Origin: Myxococcales bacterium
GTDB lineage: Bacteria > Myxococcota_A > UBA9042
Direction of reading: 5' to 3'
NCBI GenBank assembly: GCA_037441385.1
Contig: JBBISH010000093.1
Location: forward strand, 1 to 25,741
DNA: 25,741 bases
Positions 1-7,325 of the stretch are shown here, one piece after another. Position 1 is the stretch's first letter; the number at the start of each line of letters is the position of its first letter. A program made the translations under genes and the position numbers. Under the pieces are notes generated by a model. It saw only the letters and a program-made list of their open reading frames with translations. It ran no database searches and was not told where the DNA came from.

Positions 1-2211
1 TGCACCGTGGGCGACGGCTGCAGCGGCGGCACGTGCTATGCGGGCTCGCCCAAGTTCTGCGACGACGGCAACCCGTGCACCAACGACGCGTGCTCGCTAG
101 GCACCTGCACGTCGGCCAACAACAACAACCTGTGCGACGACGGCGATCCTTGCACGCTGGGCGACGCGTGCGTCTTGGGCGCCTGCAAGGCCGGCAGCAG
201 CGCGCCGGTGTGCGACGACGCCAACTTGTGCACAGACGACAGTTGCCAGAAGTATTTTGGCTGCCAGAACAACCCCAATTCGTTGGCGTGCAACGACAAC
301 AACGCCTGCACGAGCGGTGACGTCTGCAAGGGCGGCCTGTGCAGTGGCGCGACTAGCGTGGTGTGCGACGACAAAAACGGATGCACCAAGGACACTTGCG
401 ACCCCACCAAGGGGTGCCAGTCCGCGCCCGACCCCGCGCTTTGCGACGACAAGAATGTCTGCACCACCGACTCGTGCGCAGCGCCCGCCGGCACCTGCAG
501 CCACGCCGCCATCGCCAACTGCTGCGCCAAACAGGCCGACTGCGACGACGGCAGCGCGTGCACGACCGACCTGTGCCTTGCCAACCAGTGCCAGCACGCG
601 AGCAACGGCACCTGCTGCAGCGTGGACGCCGACTGCAAAGACGACTCGCTCTGCACCAGCGACACCTGCGTCTTGGGCAAGTGCCAGCACCCGGCCGCCA
701 CGCCGCCGCCAGCCCCCTTGGCGTCGGTCGGCTTCGAGAGCGCAGACTTGCCGAACTGGGTCACACCGGCCGCGGTCAATTCGTTTGTGTGGAAGCAAAT
801 CAGCGGCAACAAGTTCGCTACCGGCAGCGGCGCGATCAACTTTGGCAAGAGCGGAGCTGCCTTGAGTGGCTCCCAGGTGTCGAGCCAGGCCGAACTGCTC
901 AGCCCGACTTTTGGCGTGCCGGTGGGCGGAACAACGACACTGACCCTGCAATACAAGCAGGACTGGACCGGCTCCAGCACCACCCCGCTGACCGTGACCA
1001 TCAAGGTGCCCAGCACGGGCAAGACGTGGACGGCCTACAGCGCCACCTATAGCACGACCCTCAAGGCCTGGACGGCGATCAGCGTGGACCTGACGCCCTT
1101 TGGCGGCCAAAGCGTGCAAATCGGCTTCAAGGCCAGCATCTACGCGGCGTCCACCTCGACCGGCACGGGCCTGTGGCTCGACGATGTGGCGGTCGGGTGG
1201 AGCTGCACGCCCAAACCGTGCTCGGTCGACAGCACCTGCAGCACCACGGCCACCTGCGCCACGGGTCAGTGCATCTCGGGCGGCTGCACCTATCAGTACC
1301 TGTGCTGCGCCACCGCGGCCGAGTGCGACGACAAGATCGCCTGCACCACCGACACGTGCACCAGCGGCAAGTGCGCGCACGCCAAGTCGACCGGTTGCTG
1401 CCTCAGCGCCACGGACTGCAGCGACACGAGCACTTGCACCCAGGACACGTGCGGAGCCGACAACAAGTGCGCCAACACCACCATCACCGACTGCTGCACG
1501 TCGGTCAGCCAGTGCAACGACAACGACGCGTGCACCGTAGACAGCTGCAGCGGCGGGCTCTGCAGCCACCAGAACACCTGCTGCAAAGCCGACGCCGACT
1601 GCAACGACAAGGACGACAAGTGCACCATCGATACGTGCGTCGCCGGCGCATGCAAGTACACGTCGACCGGCGCGGCGGGCTGCTGCCTGCCCACGGTGTA
1701 CAGCGAGGCCTTTGACGGCAACAACGCGGCGACCGCCTTTACCTACGTCAACAGCGCGTTGGGCGTGGGTTGGGGCGCTTGGAACCCGGTTGCCAGCCCG
1801 CCTGGAGCCAAATCCAGCACCGGCGCGCTGTACTACGGCAACCCCAGCACCAAGACGTTCGACAGCGGCAGCGCCAACAGCGGCACCGCCAAGTCGGCCA
1901 AAATCGTCGTGCCCAGCGCCGCGAACTCGCCCAAGTTGAGCTTCAACTTGTATATGGACACGGAGTCGGGCGTGTCCTACGACATGCTGTCCGTGTACCT
2001 GTACGTCGACGGCATCAAGCAAGGTACGGCTGCCTGGACCAAAAGCAGCTCGACCACCATGCAGGCCTGGCAGGCGGTCGCGGTCGACTTGACGGCGTAC
2101 AAGGGCAAGTCCGTGGAGTTCGAATTCCTGTTCAACACCAACGACGCCGTCAGCAACTCCGGGCTGGGTGTCCTCATCGACGACGTCGCCGTGGTGCAGA
2201 CGTGTCCATAG
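1..2211 (+). CDS. 5'-truncated large Cys-rich repeat surface/secreted protein (CDDGNxCTxDxC, Dictyostelium-CTDC-like repeats) with two MAM/jelly-roll-like domains
   Basis: Frame is open from base 1 (tgc acc gtg...) to TAG at 2209-2211. Many CDD/CNDxxxCTxDxC repeats; two non-Cys domains ending GLWLDDV and GVLIDDV, each with a W..isVDLTp(F/Y).G.SV motif. Confidence 0.85.
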   Translation, partial: CTVGDGCSGGTCYAGSPKFCDDGNPCTNDACSLGTCTSANNNNLCDDGDPCTLGDACVLGACKAGSSAPVCDDANLCTDDSCQKYFGCQNNPNSLACNDNNACTSGDVCKGGLCSGATSVVCDDKNGCTKDTCDPTKGCQSAPDPALCDDKNVCTTDSCAAPAGTCSHAAIANCCAKQADCDDGSACTTDLCLANQCQHASNGTCCSVDADCKDDSLCTSDTCVLGKCQHPAATPPPAPLASVGFESADLPNWVTPAAVNSFVWKQISGNKFATGSGAINFGKSGAALSGSQVSSQAELLSPTFGVPVGGTTTLTLQYKQDWTGSSTTPLTVTIKVPSTGKTWTAYSATYSTTLKAWTAISVDLTPFGGQSVQIGFKASIYAASTSTGTGLWLDDVAVGWSCTPKPCSVDSTCSTTATCATGQCISGGCTYQYLCCATAAECDDKIACTTDTCTSGKCAHAKSTGCCLSATDCSDTSTCTQDTCGADNKCANTTITDCCTSVSQCNDNDACTVDSCSGGLCSHQNTCCKADADCNDKDDKCTIDTCVAGACKYTSTGAAGCCLPTVYSEAFDGNNAATAFTYVNSALGVGWGAWNPVASPPGAKSSTGALYYGNPSTKTFDSGSANSGTAKSAKIVVPSAANSPKLSFNLYMDTESGVSYDMLSVYLYVDGIKQGTAAWTKSSSTTMQAWQAVAVDLTAYKGKSVEFEFLFNTNDAVSNSGLGVLIDDVAVVQTCP

Positions 2212-3554
2212 CGAGCAAGTACGGGCTGGGTTTGGGCTTGTTGGGCCTGATTCTTTGCAGCAGCGCCGCCGCGCAGGCCGACGACGACGTTTGGTCCCAC
2301 AGCAAGGCTTGGCAAGTCGTGCTGGCGCGCCACCCGGCTCTGCGCGGTGCTCAAGCCGATGTAGAAGCGGCGCGTGCGCGGGTCGACCAGGCCGAAGTGC
2401 CGCTGTTGCCCACCACGACCTTGGACGCCAGCCACGCGCAGATGACCGCGAACTTTACGCCCCGGCCGGGTGCAGTGCCGGCGTCGTTCAAAGCGACGAC
2501 CAGCCATTGGTCGGCCGAGCCGTATCCGTTTTGGACCACACAGCTCAATACGCGCTGGAATTTCACCGATTTTGGTCGAACGCGTCGCAACATGGACTCG
2601 GCCTACCTGCAAGTCGAGGCGCAGCGCAGCGACATCGGCGCCCTGCGCCGCCAGCTCTGGCTGCAGTTGACCCAGAGCTACCTGCAAGTCCTGGCCGCCG
2701 AGGCGAGCTTGGACGCGGCCCGCGAGCAGCGCGATCAGGCCGCGCAGCGCCGCGAGTTGGTCAAGAAGAAGGTCGAGGCGTCGGTGCGGCCCCCCCTGGA
2801 GCTGCTGCGGGCGGACTCGGACTTGGCTGCGGCCGAAGTAGGCGTCTTCAAAGCCGATGACCTGGTACGCGCCATGCGGCTGGCGCTTGGCACGGCCATG
2901 GGCACGGGCGGGCTGATCCAGGGCCCCTTGGCGCCTTTGGTGCCGCAGGAGCCGGACTTGGCTGCCGAGCGCCTGTCCGGCACGCCGCCGATGGACCAAT
3001 GGGTCGCCCAAGCCAGCGCGACGCGCGACGATTTCAAGGCCCTGGACCAACGGATGGCGGCACTGCGGGCGGCGGGCGATGCCCTGCACAAGGCGGCGAT
3101 GCCAAGCCTGTACGTGGCGGGACAGGTCGGCGCGGGCGGCATCGAAGTGAGCAACTTGGTGGTCAATGGTTCGATCACCGCCGGAATTTCGGTGCCCCTG
3201 TCGGGCGCTTGGGTGCAGCACGGCTATGTAGACGAACTGCAGGCGCAACTGCGGTCGCTGGCCGCAGCCCGCGACCTGGCGACGCTGGCGCTCAAGGCCG
3301 AGCTGTCGCAGGCGCTGACGGCAGTGCAGCAGGCCCGCAACCGGCGACCGGCGGCGCAGACCTACCGTCAGTTTGCCCAGAAGGCGCATGAACATGCGCT
3401 GGCTCGCTACGCGGCTGGCACGGCGACCCTGCTCGAAGTGGTCGATGCCGAGACCGCCGTGACGCTGGCTCGCTTGCAGGGCATCCAGGTCGAGTTTGAC
3501 GAGTCCCTGGCCGTGGCGCGCTGGCAGGCCGCGATGGGACGGACTGGGCCCTAG
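2202..3554 (+). CDS. TolC family outer membrane efflux protein
   Basis: GTG at 2202 overlaps the upstream stop. Signal peptide (GLGLGLLGLILCSSAAAQA), then HPALRGAQADVEAARA, LLPT, DFGR, YLQVLAAE and RYAAGTATLLEVVDAE, typical of OEP repeats. The 1770 start in the ORF track is a spurious extension. Confidence 0.9.
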   Translation: MSIASKYGLGLGLLGLILCSSAAAQADDDVWSHSKAWQVVLARHPALRGAQADVEAARARVDQAEVPLLPTTTLDASHAQMTANFTPRPGAVPASFKATTSHWSAEPYPFWTTQLNTRWNFTDFGRTRRNMDSAYLQVEAQRSDIGALRRQLWLQLTQSYLQVLAAEASLDAAREQRDQAAQRRELVKKKVEASVRPPLELLRADSDLAAAEVGVFKADDLVRAMRLALGTAMGTGGLIQGPLAPLVPQEPDLAAERLSGTPPMDQWVAQASATRDDFKALDQRMAALRAAGDALHKAAMPSLYVAGQVGAGGIEVSNLVVNGSITAGISVPLSGAWVQHGYVDELQAQLRSLAAARDLATLALKAELSQALTAVQQARNRRPAAQTYRQFAQKAHEHALARYAAGTATLLEVVDAETAVTLARLQGIQVEFDESLAVARWQAAMGRTGP

Positions 3555-3856
3555 AGTACCGATCAGAAACCCGAACCTGCGGGCAAACGTCGCGGCGGGT
3601 CGCCCTAGCGCCCGCTTGCGACCCACATGACATCAGCGAGTTTCCGTCGGCGAGTGGTTCCGTTGCCCTGAACCTTGGAGATTCGTGATTGGTGTTCTAG
3701 CCAGCGGATCAATCTAGACTTTCTCCGCGCTTCCGAACCTTCGAACTCGGCGCGGCGAGTCGCTGCACGCGCTCGCTTGCGCCGCACTTGGGGCTAGAGA
3801 CGCGACCGGCGGAGTAGATTACTGAACAACTGTCCAGTACTCTGTCACGTCTCTAG
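3551..3856. repeat. Array A of CTAG-delimited palindromic (MITE/REP-like) units
   Basis: CTAG at 3551, 3605, 3697, 3714, 3794, 3853. Terminal inverted repeats ctagagtaccgatca/tgattggtgttctag (3551-3700) and ctagagacgcgac/gtcacgtctctag (3794-3856). Confidence 0.7.
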
Positions 3857-3870
3857 CCGCTTGGGCTGGC

Positions 3871-3899
3871 TTGACACTTCCCGGCCACGGCGCGACCCT
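3871..3899 (+). promoter_or_regulatory. Putative sigma70 promoter of the lipoprotein gene
   Basis: TTGACA at 3871-3876, 17-bp spacer, weak -10 GACCCT. Confidence 0.35.
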
Positions 3900-3947
3900 G
3901 CTCGGTACACAAGCAGCGCGACGCGAGGCGCGGCAGGGGGAGCAATC

Positions 3948-4838
3948 GTGAAGAGTTCGACCATTCAACGTTGGTGGCGCCTGGGCAGGATGGCGGCGGT
4001 CGCAGCCCTATTGGCGGGCGCTGTCGCCTGCAAACCGAGCATCGAAGGCGAGACCCGCGCCTGGGACCAAAACAAGCTGACTCTGCAAGAATGGGTGGGC
4101 AAATTTCCCAACTTCCGCGCTGCCGTGGATGGGCGCGTGAGCGAAGCCCAGGCCGAATTCGATGCCGCGAAGGGCATTGGCGACGCCGATCAGCGGGCCG
4201 AAAAGATGCGCGAGGCGAACAACAAGCTGTCGGTCCTGACGTCGGCGTTCCAAGAGATCGATCGCAAGATCAAGGAATACGATACCCTCAAGCGCGATCC
4301 GACGCTGCTGCAACTGCAAGGCACGCAGCTGATGCCGGCCATGCAGATGTCCGAAGCCATCCTTCGCGAAGCCCGCGCCAAGATGGACGGGCCGGTCAGC
4401 AATGCCGGCGAGGCTCTGGGCCGCTTGAAAGACGCCAGCGCGATGATCGACCGCGCCATGCAGCCGCTGCGCCAGGCGCGATCGCAGGTTGCGGCCCGTC
4501 CGCAAGGCCAGCCGGGCCAGCCGGGCATGCCGCCGGCCCAACCGGGTGCGATGGGCCAGCCGGGCCAGCCTGGGATGCCTCCGCCGGCCATGGGACCGGC
4601 CCCGATGGGCGCACCGCCGCCAGCTGCCGGCGCGCCCGCCATGCGCCCGACCGGACCGGGCATGCCGCCGCAACCTGGCATGGCCCCGCAACCTGGGATG
4701 GCCCCGCAACCTGGGATGGCACCCGCGCCACCGCCCGCGATGGTCCCCGCCGGTGTGCGGCCGCCACCGGGACCCGGTGCTCCGCCGGTGGGTGCACCGC
4801 CCACGGGCGCTCCGGCCGCAGGACCCAAGCCGTTCTAG
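3948..4838 (+). CDS. Hypothetical lipoprotein, helical N-terminal domain plus Pro/Gly/Met/Gln-rich tail
   Basis: GTG at 3948 preceded by GGGGGAG; lipobox LAGAVAC; helical/coiled-coil-like core; low-complexity C-terminus. Confidence 0.8.
   Translation: MKSSTIQRWWRLGRMAAVAALLAGAVACKPSIEGETRAWDQNKLTLQEWVGKFPNFRAAVDGRVSEAQAEFDAAKGIGDADQRAEKMREANNKLSVLTSAFQEIDRKIKEYDTLKRDPTLLQLQGTQLMPAMQMSEAILREARAKMDGPVSNAGEALGRLKDASAMIDRAMQPLRQARSQVAARPQGQPGQPGMPPAQPGAMGQPGQPGMPPPAMGPAPMGAPPPAAGAPAMRPTGPGMPPQPGMAPQPGMAPQPGMAPAPPPAMVPAGVRPPPGPGAPPVGAPPTGAPAAGPKPF
4668..4721 (+). repeat. In-frame 18-bp tandem repeat x3 (PQPGMA)
   Basis: ccgcaacctggcatggcc / ccgcaacctgggatggcc / ccgcaacctgggatggca. Confidence 0.9.
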
Positions 4839-5364
4839 TACTACAAACCCGAAGTACGTTCAGGTTGGGCCTGTCGAATGGTTTGTAGTACTGGCCTTCT
4901 CATACGGTTTCCGTCCAAATCGACTCGAAAATTTCGGCAATTCTTCGGGCCCGAACCGGGGTCCCCGCCTGATTCTCGCCGGTTGCAGACCGTGTCAGAG
5001 AATCCGTACAGGCGTGAATCAGACGGGGTTCGTATCATGAGGCAAAGGGGGCGCGCCGCGCACTCTTGGACCCCCGCCCCGTGCGCCCCCCGCGTGCGGC
5101 TCACGCGGCCTAGTACGCCAATGACTCCAACCCCGAACGAACTTGAGATTCGGCGTACTAGGAGCCTGTCGGCAAAATGGGCGACACTACATGTCCAGTT
5201 GGTTATACATTATGATCTTATTGGGTGCCGCCAGTCTCCTAGCCTTTTTCGTTTGTCCAACTGGCCGAAAATCGCCCGAAGTGAATTCGTGCGATTTCAG
5301 CCAGTTGCCGCCGCGCAAGACGCGGCGCTAGGATTGTGCCGGGATTGTCCCAACACGCTCCTAG
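4835..5364. repeat. Array B of CTAG-delimited palindromic (MITE/REP-like) units
   Basis: CTAG at 4835, (CTGG 4891), 5110, 5158, 5239, 5328, 5361. Most intervals carry their own terminal or internal inverted repeat, e.g. agtactacaaacc/ggtttgtagtact, ctagtacgcc/ggcgtactag, ctaggagcctgtcggca/tgccgccagtctcctag. Confidence 0.75.
4902..4965 (-). repeat. REP-like dispersed hairpin repeat, copy 1
   Basis: Reverse complement of 4935-4962 is identical over 28 nt to 6006-6033, with similarity extending to ~65 bp. Confidence 0.85.
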
Positions 5365-5532
5365 TTCCACAGGAACGTCGCCGCCGAGCGGAGCAGCAAG
5401 GCTGCGCAGAGCGGCTGCCCTACCCAACCGCCAACCACCCCGAATCGCTTGCCGGCCCAGTGCGCGTCGCCCTGGCCGCCGGCCAAGCCCGTTGACCACG
5501 AGCGCCGCACACAGTGGGCGCTGGAGTACCCC

Positions 5533-6000
5533 ATGGCGAGCAATCTAGAGGCCCAACTGGGCGAAGAACTGAAGAACTGCATGCGCAGCGGCGACAAGGT
5601 GGGCACCATGGCCATTCGCATGGTCCGCACCGAAGTGATGAAGCGCCGCACCGCCAAGGCCGGCGTGGAAGTGACCGACGAGCTGGTCGTCGAGGTGATC
5701 CGCGCCTACGTCAAGCAGCTGCAAGGCTCGGTCGAAGAGTACGGGGCGCGCGGCGTGCAGCCCGCCGACGACGAAAACCTGGCGCAGATGGTCGCCGAGG
5801 CGCAGTTCCTGCAAAAGTTCCTGCCGCAGTTGATGGGCGAGGCGGAGACGGCGGCCGTCATCGACCAGATTCTGGCGACCCAGGGCGCGGTGGACGCCAA
5901 GATGGCGGGCAAGATCACCGGTCTGGTCATGAAGGACTACAAGGGCCGCGTCGACTCGGCCCTGGTCAACAAGCTGGTGCGGGCCAAGCTGGGGGCGTAG
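5533..6000 (+). CDS. yqeY: GatB/YqeY domain-containing protein
   Basis: ATG at 5533 with GGAG RBS; LKNCMRSGDK...IRM, E..FLQKFLPQLM, GKITGLVMKDYKGRVD match the YqeY pattern. Confidence 0.9.
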   Translation: MASNLEAQLGEELKNCMRSGDKVGTMAIRMVRTEVMKRRTAKAGVEVTDELVVEVIRAYVKQLQGSVEEYGARGVQPADDENLAQMVAEAQFLQKFLPQLMGEAETAAVIDQILATQGAVDAKMAGKITGLVMKDYKGRVDSALVNKLVRAKLGA

Positions 6001-6002
6001 AA

Positions 6003-6068
6003 CGAACCCCGGTTCGGGCCCGAAGAATTGCCGGTGTTTTCGATCTGACTCGGACGGGACAGGTACGA
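6003..6068 (+). repeat. REP-like dispersed hairpin repeat, copy 2 (between convergent genes, possible terminator role)
   Basis: cgaaccccggttcgggcccgaagaattgccg...ctcggacggga starts just after the yqeY stop and folds as an imperfect hairpin. Confidence 0.85.
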
Positions 6069-6078
6069 GTCACGGCAG

Positions 6079-7206
6079 CTACAGCTGCTCCCAACTGGTC
6101 GGCTTTTGTGCCTTGGGGTCTTTCTTGCGCGCCGCCAAAGTCGCACGCACGTCGGCGGCCGGGGCTTCCAGCGCGCCCGCAGTGCAGCGACTGCTGCGCG
6201 GCAAACCGACCAAGTCCTTGCGGGCGTCGGCCGGCGTGCAGGCACCCAGGCCGATTGCGACGGAGCCCGTCTCGGGTCGGTAGCGTTCCAAGTCCTTCAA
6301 GTTAAAGCCCGGCAAGGCTTTTTGGCTGGCCATGTCGAGCGCCACCCAGCCGATGCCGCCCCACAGGACGCTGCGATCGACGCGCACGTCGTCGACTTCG
6401 GCGCGCTGCACCGTGATGGCGTCGGGCTTGCCCATCACGATGCTGGAAGAGACGGACAGCTTGCGGCGGCCCGGGCCGTCGGGTTGGAGCACGATCCCGG
6501 AGCCGCCGTTGTAGGCCACCGTGGACGCGTAGAGGTCCAACTGCGCAGCGGACGACAGGCGAATCGGCGGATCAGCGGTACCCTTGGCCTCGTTGTCGGC
6601 CACCAGCGTAGAGGCGAGCCTGGCTTTGACGCTGCCCGACAGGTCGATCGCCGAGGCGCGCTCACCAAAATTGCTGGTGATGCGGGTGCGGACCAGGTGC
6701 AGGTCGCCCGCGCTGGCGGCGATGGCACCGCCGCCCAGCAGCGTCGCTGTGTTGTTGTAGATCCAGCAATCCACGAGTTCGAGCGAACTGGCTTGGACCA
6801 GCGCCACGGCGCCGCCGCGATCGGCCTTGCCGTTGGTCAGGGTAATGCCCTCTAGCGTGACGCGAATGCCGGCCTGCGGGATGGTCAGCACCCGGCCCTG
6901 GCCGCCGGCATCCAGCACCACCTTGTCTTTACCAAGCCGCCGCAGCACCACCGAGTGGGTCGCCAGCAAACGCGCACCTCGGTAAACACCAGGATGCAAG
7001 CAGACTTGCACTGGCCGCTTCATCTCCTTGTCCATGGCGTGCTGGATGGCGGCGGTGTTGCCGTCTGGCTTGATCGTCACGTCGCAGGCCGCCCACGCAG
7101 TGCTCGCGAGCCCCGCCATCGCCCACAGCGACGCTGCCAACTGCCCTGCCCTGTGTCCCAACTTCGTCACCGCCACCTGCCGCGAGCGCCCCGAGCGCTG
7201 GGGCAC
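6079..7206 (-). CDS. Secreted right-handed parallel beta-helix (pectin-lyase-like fold) protein
   Basis: Signal peptide ending STAWA; IQHAMD...VCLHPGVY, VVLDAGGQGRVL, LEGITLTNG, GGAV/GGGAI and NN(T)A repeats, C-terminal AGALE. Start codon uncertain. Confidence 0.75.
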   Translation of the reverse strand: MPQRSGRSRQVAVTKLGHRAGQLAASLWAMAGLASTAWAACDVTIKPDGNTAAIQHAMDKEMKRPVQVCLHPGVYRGARLLATHSVVLRRLGKDKVVLDAGGQGRVLTIPQAGIRVTLEGITLTNGKADRGGAVALVQASSLELVDCWIYNNTATLLGGGAIAASAGDLHLVRTRITSNFGERASAIDLSGSVKARLASTLVADNEAKGTADPPIRLSSAAQLDLYASTVAYNGGSGIVLQPDGPGRRKLSVSSSIVMGKPDAITVQRAEVDDVRVDRSVLWGGIGWVALDMASQKALPGFNLKDLERYRPETGSVAIGLGACTPADARKDLVGLPRSSRCTAGALEAPAADVRATLAARKKDPKAQKPTSWEQL

Positions 7207-7325
7207 TTTAGCACGCAGACGCCGGCTCTGCTAAGGTCTGCGCATGGAGCGCCCGCTCGCCCGTTGGGGCCCCCGGGGCTTGGAAGTGCCCGCGAGCCGA
7301 AACGCCAGGAACGGATAGGACATCC

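Noticed and set aside
4835..5364. CRISPR array interpretation of the intergenic arrays
   Set aside because: No conserved 23-47-bp direct repeat (only CTAG is shared), irregular spacing, and no cas genes.
4878..5495. ORFs 4878-5495, 5143-5331 and 4841-5104 across array B
   Set aside because: They lie over palindromic repeats, with atypical composition, no RBS and no recognisable domain.
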